Source of the DNA: a virus
Virus record (IMG/VR): IMGVR_UViG_3300025699_000004
Reading direction: 5' to 3' (one strand)
Length of the DNA: 64,000 nt
Shown: positions 27,420 through 36,786 of the stretch, piece after piece
Layout: each line of letters begins with the position of its first letter
Numbering within the stretch: the first letter of the stretch is position 1
Made by a program: the position numbers and the translations under genes
Notes under the pieces: generated by a model
Databases searched by the model: none
The model's input: the letters and a program-made list of their open reading frames with translations, nothing else
What the model was told of the DNA's origin: nothing

Positions 27420-28364
27420 TTAATTAATTGACTTTATTAATTTTCTGCCTTTAGGGGTTATTTTCCTTTTTACGTCTATCTCCATTAGATTTTGCTTTAA
27501 TAAATATTTTTCATGGTCACTTCTTAGAGAAGTCGAGCTTAACCCTGTTTTAGCCGCCAACATCGATAATGTGCATTCACCTTTCTCTTGTAATACTTCT
27601 AAGATTTGTTTTTCGGTACATGTGATACCATAAGGTAATACACCCAAAGTGTCACAAAAACTCAAATAATCCTTCTTTGTGAAATTATTCAAATTCTCGG
27701 AATCAGCAAAGAGATTGATGTCTTTTGCTTTCATGACCGCATTTCTTGCATTCCCCCTAACAACGTCACTGAGGTCTTTCAAAACATTTTTATCGACTTT
27801 ACATTCTAGAGAATTGGATAGGATGTCGCCTAATTCAACATTATTATAAGACTCGAAATCAACAGAGGTTAATCGATCTTTTAGCGGTGGAAAAAGTTTA
27901 TCACTTTCCGTTGTGGCAAACATGAAAGTTTGTTTCTTGAAATTGAAAGGAAATCGAGTTTCTTTCCAAGTAACTTCTCTAACATGAGAAGAGCTCGTGT
28001 CCAATATAGTGAGAAGAGCCATAGTTAAATCTCTAGGCAACTCATGAGCTTCATCAAATAATATAGTGATCTCATTATCTAATATCAAAGGAATGAAAAT
28101 TTGATCAAAAAAGTGATCGTTGTTTTTTATTGTAGAGCAATTTAACTCCAAAACAGGTCTGCGGCTTCCATCTTGATTCCTTAAATTGGCGGCGAATGAA
28201 TTAGCGAATGCTGTTTTCCCCAAACCTTTCGCTCCAAAAAATCCCAAAAACGGACAAATGCTAGTTTTGTTAAAAGCTTTTAAATAAAAATTAAGTTTCT
28301 TCTTTACGTTTTTTTGCCCTACTAAATGATCAAATGCATTTTTCTTCATAATTTTACTCCTCAT
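27420..28364 (-). CDS. ruvB: RuvB-like branch-migration AAA+ ATPase
   Basis: FDHLVGQ, Walker A GAKGLGKT, Walker B FDEAHEL, ATT...PPLKDR, RGNAR, C-terminal winged helix EKYLLKQNLM...RKITPKG. Confidence 0.85.
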   Translation of the reverse strand: MRSKIMKKNAFDHLVGQKNVKKKLNFYLKAFNKTSICPFLGFFGAKGLGKTAFANSFAANLRNQDGSRRPVLELNCSTIKNNDHFFDQIFIPLILDNEITILFDEAHELPRDLTMALLTILDTSSSHVREVTWKETRFPFNFKKQTFMFATTESDKLFPPLKDRLTSVDFESYNNVELGDILSNSLECKVDKNVLKDLSDVVRGNARNAVMKAKDINLFADSENLNNFTKKDYLSFCDTLGVLPYGITCTEKQILEVLQEKGECTLSMLAAKTGLSSTSLRSDHEKYLLKQNLMEIDVKRKITPKGRKLIKSIN

Positions 28365-28620
28365 CGAATTTTGTTAATTTATATTGAATCGAATTAGCTT
28401 CAGAATCTTCTGTTTTGCTTAATTCAATTGACGTGTCGTTAGTGTGAATGCCTAAACTTTCCAACCAAACCCTGCTGACAGGAATGGGCGTTTTTTCCCC
28501 TATATAATCTTTAAGATCTAAGAAGGGAACCTTCACAAAGGAAGTTGCTCCTTTTTTTCTTCCGCTTCCCGATTTTCTAGAGGAACCATCTTTGTTTAAT
28601 GTTCTATTTTTCTTACTCAT
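28354..28620 (-). CDS. small basic putative DNA-binding protein
   Basis: GSGRKKG AT-hook-like motif; ATG 7 nt below a -10 box. Confidence 0.6.
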   Translation of the reverse strand: MSKKNRTLNKDGSSRKSGSGRKKGATSFVKVPFLDLKDYIGEKTPIPVSRVWLESLGIHTNDTSIELSKTEDSEANSIQYKLTKFDEE

Positions 28621-28626
28621 GGATAC

Positions 28627-28655
28627 ATTATCTCATAGAAGTTAAGTTTTGTCAA
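28627..28655 (-). promoter_or_regulatory. sigma70-type promoter (predicted leaderless)
   Basis: TTGACA-17 nt-GATAAT with TGn; ATG at 28620. Confidence 0.7.
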
Positions 28656-28680
28656 GTTTTTTTAAATTTTTTAAAAAAAA

Positions 28681-29919
28681 TTACAAATGAATAGTGATGC
28701 CGTCCACAGCTCCGTTAAGGTTATCTGTTCCGCTGGACAAATAAACATTTTGAGACTTTCCATTATACAAACTTACAGTGTGTAAAATAAATTCCTCAAG
28801 AGTTCCTTCGAAGTCAAAAGAGATTCTGTATGGGTAACCGCTTTCTCTATCCTTTATTAAGTCTTTTATTCTTCCCTGTCTAACTTCTGCACCTAGACTA
28901 GTTCCTTCCCAAACTTCAAAGATCAAAATCCATTTAATATTCCACATAATATAGTTCCACCTAGTCGCCCATGACTGAGGGTCAGAATTTTCATAATATG
29001 GTTTTGCTACATTATCTTTATACCATGAAAATTCCTTCATCTGATGTCTTACTTGTTGGCTTGACTTCTGTTCTTTGCTTTTTGCATGAGCATAGTAAGA
29101 TAATTTCTTGAAAGGACCTGTTCTAGAATCAGATAAAAACTTTAAATGCTGTGGGGTTAAGTGAAACCAAAACGGTTGACCAAATTCCTCGAAGCAGTAT
29201 CCAGAATATTCATCTACAATATAGGAGTCTAATGTTTTAAATCCTTTTTCTTTGGCTTTTTTGCTCATTTTAGCCCAAAACATATCCCAATCATCAAAAA
29301 ACCTCTCAATGAGATAATTCTTTTTTGAATTTAGAAGCTTTGGGTCATCAGGCCCATTAAACGAAACAAAACCTTTTGATTCAAACATTGTTTTTGAAGA
29401 GTAAACTTCCCACGGATCTCTACAAACTATACCAGCCCACTGCCCTTCAGTAGCTTTCAACCCTTTTATTTTATGATTTGAAGTTATTTTTCTCCATTTC
29501 TCGTCGTTAGTTAGACCCGTTTCAGCAAAGACCTTCTCTCTAGACTTAAATTCCACCCAAAGAGGTCTTTCTTTCAAGCAAACCGATAGATTTATCGGCC
29601 AGCCTGTTGGCCAGCTATAACGACCTCCGACTAAATCTTGTAAAAAAATATGAGCACTTTTATTATGAATGCTAACTTTGATTTTTTTGGTTTTAAGATA
29701 AGCGACTACCGCTCTTTGGTGATCGTATCTTGTTATAACCTTTTTGGGATCTATCCCTATGGATTTAAAGTTAGGGTTTCGGGAGTAACCAGAGACCTTA
29801 ACGTTTTCAAGTTCTGTGCCTTTAACCCAATTTACTATGAGCTCCCCCCCCATTGAGGGGAGAGCCATGGTAAAAAGTAGAATTATATTAAGTGATAAAG
29901 CTGTCGGGTAATTCGTCAT
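28681..29919 (-). CDS. hypothetical protein, possibly exported
   Basis: 412 aa; hydrophobic N-terminal stretch; Trp/Tyr-rich. Confidence 0.65.
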   Translation of the reverse strand: MTNYPTALSLNIILLFTMALPSMGGELIVNWVKGTELENVKVSGYSRNPNFKSIGIDPKKVITRYDHQRAVVAYLKTKKIKVSIHNKSAHIFLQDLVGGRYSWPTGWPINLSVCLKERPLWVEFKSREKVFAETGLTNDEKWRKITSNHKIKGLKATEGQWAGIVCRDPWEVYSSKTMFESKGFVSFNGPDDPKLLNSKKNYLIERFFDDWDMFWAKMSKKAKEKGFKTLDSYIVDEYSGYCFEEFGQPFWFHLTPQHLKFLSDSRTGPFKKLSYYAHAKSKEQKSSQQVRHQMKEFSWYKDNVAKPYYENSDPQSWATRWNYIMWNIKWILIFEVWEGTSLGAEVRQGRIKDLIKDRESGYPYRISFDFEGTLEEFILHTVSLYNGKSQNVYLSSGTDNLNGAVDGITIHL

Positions 29920-30208
29920 GATCTTTTACGGTTGTATTTGTGTCTTTTGATTGATATATAATCAAGTCAGGAGCTCTTTCGTTTTCCTGCTTGAGCTTGT
30001 TCAGAAAAACAACAATTGGAACTTCTCTTTCATTATCCGTTCCCTTGTCAATCTTGACCATTCCAGAATAAAACTTTTGAGCTTTACCCTCTTTCTTCCA
30101 AAGAGCCCCCATTTCCCTGTTTCTCCATTCGGAGTTTGCGGCGTTATCGTTATCGTTACTATGTGTGTTATCCATTGTTTTTTTTGTTTTGTTTATTATA
30201 AAAATCAT
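29888..30208 (-). CDS. DUF736-like small protein (possible nucleic-acid binder)
   Basis: EMGALWKK...FYSGMVKI...VFLN...APDLIIY; acidic tail DELPDSF. Confidence 0.55.
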   Translation of the reverse strand: MIFIINKTKKTMDNTHSNDNDNAANSEWRNREMGALWKKEGKAQKFYSGMVKIDKGTDNEREVPIVVFLNKLKQENERAPDLIIYQSKDTNTTVKDHDELPDSFIT

Positions 30209-30353
30209 CTAATAAAATTAAGAAATCCGCTTTTGCATGAGGCGGGGTATTATTATATTGAGCTTTAGCTCTTTTATAATTCCTTCTTGAAGAAGGGTCT
30301 TCATCATTATAATGAATGATGCTTTTTATTCTTTTGCAAACCTTTTGATTCAT
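30168..30353 (-). CDS. hypothetical protein
   Basis: Start moved to MNQKV; RRNYKRAKAQY. Confidence 0.55.
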   Translation of the reverse strand: MNQKVCKRIKSIIHYNDEDPSSRRNYKRAKAQYNNTPPHAKADFLILLDDFYNKQNKKNNG

Positions 30354-30361
30354 TGGTATAT

Positions 30362-30390
30362 ATAATACCAATAAAACTAAATAATGTCAA
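30362..30390 (-). promoter_or_regulatory. sigma70-type promoter
   Basis: TTGACA-17 nt-TATTAT with TGn. Confidence 0.7.
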
Positions 30391-30421
30391 GAATATTTTT
30401 TATTAAAAAATAAATTTACAA

Positions 30422-31663
30422 TCAAACACTTAAGTTGGTAGGAGTGGACAACTCCAAATCTCCAGTTCCCAACACGTTCCAATCAGCCATGAAGTCTGTA
30501 GCGTAATATTTTAATAACTTTCTATTGCTTGATAACAACCATCTTCTTTGGAGCCGAGTATCCATACCTTCCGTCCAAGGCACAATGATAGCTTTAAAGC
30601 CATTTGTATTTTCAGAAACTCCTTCTGACGCAGGGTGCCAAAAGTCACTTGTGTCTATGACTGTTTGACCTTCTTTAAACAACATTGATTTTTGTATACT
30701 TACGCCACTTCCTTGAATTTTTTGATTGCTACTATCGTATGTAGACCAAAATAGAAACCCTTTTGTTGCATCTGTATGCGGTTCAGCTATCCATTGTCCA
30801 TTTCCACTATAAGAGTTTGCTGATGAGTTTATCGGGGGGAATTGTATGATGTGATAAAGTTGAGAACTGTTGTTCATATAGTTACCACGTGAAGAAGACC
30901 ACGAATTCGGTGCATGATTATTGATTAAAACAGTGCCTTGGAAGCTTACTGTACCATAAAGCGTTGAGTAAATTGCTCTATAAGGTGATTTTCCACTAGT
31001 AGGTTTATATCTTTGCCAGTATGATTTCGCGTCACCATGAGCTCGCCAATCACTAGTTACATTGTAATTATGACTACCCCAATCGACACCTACGTGAGAA
31101 TGGCTGGAATGCCCTCCTTGTGGAGCAGGTTCAAATGGAGATTCAATCACCACAAAACTACTTTCTGTTCCTTGGAATATTTTTGGAGCATCGCTGGGCA
31201 GTATAATTGAAGAAGATCTGTTCGTTGCTCCATTATATTCCTCTGGCAAATCTTCGGTTTTTATACAAGGTTTATTTGAGGAAGTGACTGCCGTAAGTTT
31301 TTTCGTGGAAAAATTGTCTTCGTAGACTTCTTTCGTTAAAAAGGGGTCTGTACTGGGAAAAGTAGAATCATTAGGTAAATTACTCCAAGGATCATTCCAA
31401 TGCCCACGAGTTCTATAAACTATTGCAGGTTGCGTGGGCTTTTTAGCCCCCTTAAAATCGAAGCTAAATTTTTGGACTTTTTGAAAAACTGTGTTGCCAC
31501 TACCTCTCCAATTTTCGAGTCTGAGAATTAACCGAAATCCTTGAAGGTCGTATTTCTGAAGGGTCGGGGTGGAGCTATAACTGACAAAAGAACCGCTATC
31601 TTGTTTATGCCTGTAAACAATATCGCCATCACGCTTTTCTAATTTTTCTGAGGTGTATTTCAA
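30422..31663 (-). CDS. tandem paralogue B (constant N-domain, variable middle); possible virion/adhesion protein
   Basis: TTG at 31663 aligns with ATG of paralogue A and overlaps its TGA (TTGA); first 182 codons about 95% identical in aa to A. Confidence 0.75.
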   Translation of the reverse strand: MKYTSEKLEKRDGDIVYRHKQDSGSFVSYSSTPTLQKYDLQGFRLILRLENWRGSGNTVFQKVQKFSFDFKGAKKPTQPAIVYRTRGHWNDPWSNLPNDSTFPSTDPFLTKEVYEDNFSTKKLTAVTSSNKPCIKTEDLPEEYNGATNRSSSIILPSDAPKIFQGTESSFVVIESPFEPAPQGGHSSHSHVGVDWGSHNYNVTSDWRAHGDAKSYWQRYKPTSGKSPYRAIYSTLYGTVSFQGTVLINNHAPNSWSSSRGNYMNNSSQLYHIIQFPPINSSANSYSGNGQWIAEPHTDATKGFLFWSTYDSSNQKIQGSGVSIQKSMLFKEGQTVIDTSDFWHPASEGVSENTNGFKAIIVPWTEGMDTRLQRRWLLSSNRKLLKYYATDFMADWNVLGTGDLELSTPTNLSV

Positions 31664-32862
31664 ATAGTTAAGCTGGTAGGTGTTGATGCTTCGAGGTCTG
31701 CGAAATCTCCAACTGTAGGTGATTGAACTGTATAATAAGTTGCTAATTTTCCATCTGGAGAAAGAAGCCATCTTTCTTTTAGCAAAGGATTATGGTTTGA
31801 TTCCCAATTTATCATTCTAGCTTTAAATCCAGTTGATGATGTATTGTCACGTGTCCACATATTGCTTGTATCTATTTTAGTTTGATTTTCTCTAAATAAC
31901 ATTGATTTTTGAATTTGAATATTGCCACCACTACCTGGATTTGCTTTTGATGTTCCTGAATAATAAGACCAAAATAAAAAACCATCTGCTTGGGTAGTAT
32001 GAGGGTCAGCAATCCATTCTCCTCCAAATGAACATCTTACAAGTGAATCTGTACACGTTCTTTCAGATATCGAACCATACCACTGAGTTCCTCGATATGC
32101 AAGTTGATTGCTACATCCACCCGAATAATTAGAGTCTCCCGACTTATTAATTTGACTTCCGCTCACACAATTAGAAGCTTTATAATACCATGGATAGCAT
32201 TGTATGGATCGGCCCCACTGAAAAAAGGAAAACTTGTCTCCAGGAGCACGGGTGGCGTGATCTCCTTTTCTATTACACCCCGTCCAATTACCACATGAAT
32301 TAGCGTATTGAGTTTGTTGTGGAGCAGGTTCAAATGGAGATTCAATCACCACAAAACTACTTTCTGTTCCTTGGAATATTTTTGGAACATCGCTGGGTAG
32401 TATAATTGAAGAGGATCTATTCGTTGCTCCATTATATTCCTCTGGCAAATCTTCGGTCTTTACACAAGGTTTATTTGAAGAGGTGATTGCTGAAAGTTTT
32501 TTCGTGGAAAAATTGTCTTCGTAGACTTCTCGCGTTAAAAAGGGGTCTGTACTGGGAAAAGTAGAATCATTAGGTAAATTACTCCAAGGATCATTCCAAT
32601 GCGCGCGAGTTCTATAAACTATCGCAGGTTGTGTGGACTTTTTAGCCCCCTTAAAATCGAAGCTAAATTTTTGGACTTTTTGAAAAACTGTGTTGCCACT
32701 ACCTCTCCAATTTTCGAGTCTGAGAATTAACCGAAATCCTTGAAGGTCGTATTTCTGAAGAGTCGGGGCGGAGCTATAACTGACAAAAGAACCGCTATCT
32801 TGTTTATGCCTATAAACAATATCCCCATTACGCTTTTCTAATTTTTCTGAGGTGTATTTCAT
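31118..32862. repeat. 546-bp imperfect direct repeat (31118-31663 and 32317-32862)
   Basis: Both copies run from tgaaatacacctcagaaaaattagaaaagcgt to gaacctgctccacaa on the minus strand; same length. Confidence 0.9.
31660..32862 (-). CDS. tandem paralogue A (constant N-domain, Cys-containing variable middle)
   Basis: 400 aa; 32317-32862 duplicated at 31118-31663. Confidence 0.75.
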   Translation of the reverse strand: MKYTSEKLEKRNGDIVYRHKQDSGSFVSYSSAPTLQKYDLQGFRLILRLENWRGSGNTVFQKVQKFSFDFKGAKKSTQPAIVYRTRAHWNDPWSNLPNDSTFPSTDPFLTREVYEDNFSTKKLSAITSSNKPCVKTEDLPEEYNGATNRSSSIILPSDVPKIFQGTESSFVVIESPFEPAPQQTQYANSCGNWTGCNRKGDHATRAPGDKFSFFQWGRSIQCYPWYYKASNCVSGSQINKSGDSNYSGGCSNQLAYRGTQWYGSISERTCTDSLVRCSFGGEWIADPHTTQADGFLFWSYYSGTSKANPGSGGNIQIQKSMLFRENQTKIDTSNMWTRDNTSSTGFKARMINWESNHNPLLKERWLLSPDGKLATYYTVQSPTVGDFADLEASTPTSLTI

Positions 32863-32868
32863 TGACTA

Positions 32869-33468
32869 TTAAGCGCTTAAGATATTACTTGCAGAGGCAT
32901 TATAATTAGCATCGGTTATAGTTCCAAGATCGCATTCAGTAATATCATCTCCTTGGATTGCACATAAAAATTTGCCAAAAGGATTTTGGAAAGTTTCTGT
33001 AATTTGTACTATATTACCCTCTCCTATGCTATTTGAGCTGACTAAATTTGTATCTGCCCATGTACCTAGATCGCTGGGCCAAATTATTCGTTTATACTGA
33101 ATCGCGGGTTGTGAGTCTTTTAATGTGCCATCTTGCTTGTAAGTTTTCTTTTCTCTTTTTAAAATTCTTCCATTAACTCCTGATTTTTGGTATTTAGTAA
33201 TTCTAGTTACAAGTCTAAGATTACTGATATTATATTTATCTCTATCAAAAGTATAAGTTGTTTCATCTCCTCCAAAAATGTCCGCAAATGTTTTTGAAGC
33301 TCCTGATAAATCCCCAGAAAACTCGTGAGTCTGTTCCCAAGGCCCAAAAGTTACAGTCCCTGAGCTATCAGCGTTCGCAATTCTTACTCGCCATTTATGA
33401 TCTTTAAATACCATATCTGACCTAGTATACGTTCTGTAACTATATTGGACGACTTTTTTGAAAATCAT
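32869..33468 (-). CDS. remote paralogue of the tandem-pair N-domain
   Basis: KYNISNLRLVTRITKYQKSG...QPAIQYKR vs KYDLQGFRLILRLENWRGSG...QPAIVYRT. Confidence 0.6.
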   Translation of the reverse strand: MIFKKVVQYSYRTYTRSDMVFKDHKWRVRIANADSSGTVTFGPWEQTHEFSGDLSGASKTFADIFGGDETTYTFDRDKYNISNLRLVTRITKYQKSGVNGRILKREKKTYKQDGTLKDSQPAIQYKRIIWPSDLGTWADTNLVSSNSIGEGNIVQITETFQNPFGKFLCAIQGDDITECDLGTITDANYNASASNILSA

Positions 33469-33487
33469 TTGGTGTAATATATTTTAT

Positions 33488-33793
33488 ATGTTAATAATTA
33501 GTTCTAAATTGACAGCTCCACCAAGTGAAGTAACTCTCTTTAGAGATATTACACTATACTCCAGCGTTTTTCTCCAAAAAAAAGTATTATTAGAGTGTAA
33601 AAAATGCGAAATAGATTTTTACTACAAATGGCTAAGAAATAAATGCGCATTTGATTTTATAGAAGATATAGTTGAACCTAAGACAGAAATAGGATTAACT
33701 ATAAGAAGGAGCAAGGCTAATATTTCAATCGATAGAATTTGTTACGGAAATTTCTCTGAAATCATAAACAGGCTCGAGTCTTATAAAATTTAA
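33488..33793 (+). CDS. hypothetical protein (counter-oriented)
   Basis: MLIISSKLTAPPSE...; GGTGTAATAT motif at 33471, 11 nt before ATG. Confidence 0.6.
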   Translation: MLIISSKLTAPPSEVTLFRDITLYSSVFLQKKVLLECKKCEIDFYYKWLRNKCAFDFIEDIVEPKTEIGLTIRRSKANISIDRICYGNFSEIINRLESYKI

Positions 33794-34210
33794 AAAAAGT
33801 TTAATAAAATTTTCTTCTGATTCTAAAAAATTCATCACCACAGAGTTATTTAAGTTTTTGAAATCCATTTCTTTTTTAGGATCTAATACAGATCTAGAAA
33901 TATCGTTATTTATTAAATTAACTTTTTCGGGGTAAAAAAAAGACAATATACTTTTTAAACTTTGCTTACTGGGGGAGACTCCATCTGTAGGGATTATATA
34001 TTTACTATAAGGATAATTGTCGCAAAGATTTGAAACAGAATGCTCTAGGCTGGAGCCAAAAAAGACATCATATTTGAAATTTTTAAATAAAATTGGGCAA
34101 TCTTTTTCTATTTTACCAACCTTACACAAGGAGCAGCCTGCGGAAGAGAAGAAAGAGCTTATTGCGGGGCTTATTTTGTTAGATAAAATAAAGATTTTAT
34201 TTTGGTTCAT
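33725..34210 (-). CDS. hypothetical protein
   Basis: 161 aa; coupled to upstream gene. Confidence 0.5.
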   Translation of the reverse strand: MNQNKIFILSNKISPAISSFFSSAGCSLCKVGKIEKDCPILFKNFKYDVFFGSSLEHSVSNLCDNYPYSKYIIPTDGVSPSKQSLKSILSFFYPEKVNLINNDISRSVLDPKKEMDFKNLNNSVVMNFLESEENFIKLFLNFIRLEPVYDFREISVTNSID

Positions 34211-34743
34211 CTAAATTCTTTTCTTAATAATCTCCAGCGATCAGAATCTATTGGTTTCGTTTCATCGTTTATTGCATAAATCATATCTATAATTTCCTCG
34301 ATGTTATTATAAATGTATTTATGAGGCAACATTCCCATCATCCATAGTGGAGTTTTTGACTTACCGCCTTCCATACTAATAAACACAGGCTTTTTTTCCC
34401 TGACAGCGGTCACAATTTCTTCTGCTGACCCCCAGCTCGCAACCTCTGGAACAAGATGAGCAATGATGAAGTCACTTCTATCCACTAAATTTAGATCATA
34501 AGCCCTTACTGTCTTCATTTTTTCTGAAATTCTGTCATATTGCTTCGTTTTCATCCAAGTTTCCATTTCCTGTCTGGACGCTTCGTCCTCTTCGACATCC
34601 TTGACGAATGGTTTTTTATAGGGATCAAAACATGTTATTTTTAATGGAGACAATTTTTCAGTAACTTCCTCCCTCCAATTCCTGCCACTAAGATATTGCA
34701 TGTGACCGACCATGTAGCATTTTGTTTTTTCTAAGACGCTCAT
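34207..34743 (-). CDS. nucleoside 2-deoxyribosyltransferase-like / nucleotide hydrolase
   Basis: YMVGHM...WRE, DPY, DLNLVDRSDFIIA, SWGSAEEI..A....KPV. Confidence 0.7.
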   Translation of the reverse strand: MSVLEKTKCYMVGHMQYLSGRNWREEVTEKLSPLKITCFDPYKKPFVKDVEEDEASRQEMETWMKTKQYDRISEKMKTVRAYDLNLVDRSDFIIAHLVPEVASWGSAEEIVTAVREKKPVFISMEGGKSKTPLWMMGMLPHKYIYNNIEEIIDMIYAINDETKPIDSDRWRLLRKEFR

Positions 34744-35612
34744 TACAATGACTTTACAAGCTTTATTAATACCCTAGCCTCCTTGGCTGGAATATCGCAA
34801 TAATCAGACCAAGCCGAGGGCATGTTATTTTCATCTGGTTTGTATAAACCGTGTTTGTACCAAATTCTCACTTGATTAAGGAAAGAGTCGAAAGAATTTA
34901 TATCACTTTGCTCTGCATGTTGTTTTAATATTGAATCTGGACCAAGTGACGCTTTTGCCATTTGCTTTATTTGATTCGATCCGCTCGATTTGTCTATTTC
35001 ATCATCTCCAACTATATGAATATTTAAAAAATTTCTCACACATCGCACGAAAGCTCTATTACAAGCTATAGTTTCCAAGAACTTTGTCGCAAAACTGCTG
35101 GTATTGTTTAAAGTAGCATTAGCCATGTCTTCGAAGTGAATAGGCTCATCGCTTGTCTCAAAGTTCGGTATGAAACTAATAGAACAAGATACCGCAACAT
35201 GATCAGGATCACACTTGACGACATTATAAGATACATCCGAGAAACCCCTGAGTTTCGCTAGCTCTTTTATTCCTGCGAGTTTTATTAAAAGTTGGTGGTC
35301 TTTTAACCCGTCAATACTTCTGGGGACATCTTTCTTCCTTAAATCGAACCAAGATTTATTTGGGAATAAGTATTCATCTTTAACCATCTGTCTCCAATCT
35401 ACGGAGCCGTCTTCGTTAAATTGATAATTAACATTCTCCAGAAGTCCATTTTCATCCCTAGAGTAATTCAGTTTTTTACGAGAAGGTTTGTTGTTCATAT
35501 TGTTGTTAATTTTTATCACAGCTCTCCTCATCTCTTCTTCAACTTCAGACACTACCGAGATAGGGGTCGATTTATTTAAATTTTTACTTCCTTTTGGTCT
35601 TCCTCTAGGCAT
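34743..35612 (-). CDS. AT-hook protein, possible ssDNA-annealing/recombination factor
   Basis: N-terminal PRGRPKG; IKLAGIKELAKLRG; TIACNRAFVRCVRNFLNI resembles annealing-protein A-x-x-R-A-x-x-R motif (weak). Confidence 0.4.
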   Translation of the reverse strand: MPRGRPKGSKNLNKSTPISVVSEVEEEMRRAVIKINNNMNNKPSRKKLNYSRDENGLLENVNYQFNEDGSVDWRQMVKDEYLFPNKSWFDLRKKDVPRSIDGLKDHQLLIKLAGIKELAKLRGFSDVSYNVVKCDPDHVAVSCSISFIPNFETSDEPIHFEDMANATLNNTSSFATKFLETIACNRAFVRCVRNFLNIHIVGDDEIDKSSGSNQIKQMAKASLGPDSILKQHAEQSDINSFDSFLNQVRIWYKHGLYKPDENNMPSAWSDYCDIPAKEARVLIKLVKSL

Positions 35613-35613
35613 A

Positions 35614-36786
35614 TTAAGAATCCTTTCTATATATTACATAATGTTCCAAGTCGCACCAAAAATCAGAAGTGTCTATCACTTTCTGATTCTTGTCTCCCAT
35701 TGGCTCGTCTAAAACCCAGTGAGCTTTAGTCGAATACTTTTTCCCATTAGAAATTATTATTTTTGAAGATTTCATAAAAAGATTATCGCACGTTTCAACC
35801 TCTTTGTCAAGATCTTTTTTTATCTTTTCTTCAAATAAGGAAACTCTATAATCAATGAATCTCAATCTAACTTCTGTCAGTAATTTATTATCCCTGACGA
35901 ATAATTCAAAAGATATCTTGTATTTTTTTAAAATTTTTAAAAAATTTAATATTTCTGCGACCTCCGAGTCTTTTAGAGATTTTATTTCTAAAGATATTTT
36001 CTCTATACCTTTTCTTGAGGCTGAAATAAATCCTTCTTCAAAAACCCTGTCCGTGATAATTCCCGTTCTTCTACCCAGCGTGAACGCATGGATTTTGTCT
36101 AAATCAAAATGGAGATCAGCTCTTAAGTTCACTAAAGAGTTTGCTAAAAAAGAACTTTCGGGAAAAAAATCTGGAATTATTTCTATTGTTTTTATCGGAT
36201 AGTTTTTTCCCATAAAAAATTGAGAAAAATTCAAATCTAGATCTAGATTTAACTCTTTTAATATTTTTCGAGCTATCGTTACTGGAGCTATTTCGTTAAT
36301 AGTCTTCTTGTTTTCGTTAGGGTTTAGGGAAAACGATTTTCTTTGAGGAGTTACTATGTTGATGAAATTAGACTTTACTAAATTCTCTGGGTTTTCGTGA
36401 GAGATCAATGAGATGCAGGGGGTTTTATTTAAGTCGCATAAGGACGACCTGAAATCAAAAGAATTTAAATGAAGTAAAGAATTTCTAATTACGTAAGACT
36501 CTTGATTGAAATCAAGCATCCCTCGTAAGTTGAAAACACCATCTATTTGAGGGGTTTTTGACCCACCCATTTGAATAATTTTTATGCCTTCTTTATTTAA
36601 TTCATTAGAAATTAAATCGAGAACCTCTTGCCAGTAATCATAAGCTTTACTCTTTTCGGCTGTTTCTAGATTTAAAGATATGTATTTATTGTGAACAATG
36701 GGAAAAAAAGACTCATCTACGAGAGGTTCGTTTATTTTTAGCCCAGAATGAGATGCGAAAGTTTCAAGTTTGTTCATATAATTCAA
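35614..36786 (-). CDS. glycosyltransferase-like protein (GT9 C-lobe-like)
   Basis: KAYDYWQEVLDLI...IIQMGG...NLRGMLDFNQESYVIRNS. Confidence 0.55.
   Translation of the reverse strand: MNYMNKLETFASHSGLKINEPLVDESFFPIVHNKYISLNLETAEKSKAYDYWQEVLDLISNELNKEGIKIIQMGGSKTPQIDGVFNLRGMLDFNQESYVIRNSLLHLNSFDFRSSLCDLNKTPCISLISHENPENLVKSNFINIVTPQRKSFSLNPNENKKTINEIAPVTIARKILKELNLDLDLNFSQFFMGKNYPIKTIEIIPDFFPESSFLANSLVNLRADLHFDLDKIHAFTLGRRTGIITDRVFEEGFISASRKGIEKISLEIKSLKDSEVAEILNFLKILKKYKISFELFVRDNKLLTEVRLRFIDYRVSLFEEKIKKDLDKEVETCDNLFMKSSKIIISNGKKYSTKAHWVLDEPMGDKNQKVIDTSDFWCDLEHYVIYRKDS
35782..35810 (-). promoter_or_regulatory. gene-internal sigma70-type promoter
   Basis: TTGACA-17 nt-GATAAT with TGn, about 170 nt above the next gene. 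Confidence 0.45.

Noticed and set aside
30227-30247. Possible terminator ccgcttttgcatgaggcgg
   Set aside because: Imperfect stem inside a coding region and weak U-tract
31664-31771. N-terminal extension of track ORF 30422-31771
   Set aside because: Overlaps paralogue A's C-terminus; homology starts at TTG 31663 with TTGA coupling
31118-32862. Possible diversity-generating retroelement (TR/VR pair)
   Set aside because: Differences include non-adenine changes and are often synonymous; both copies are coding N-termini; no reverse transcriptase in window
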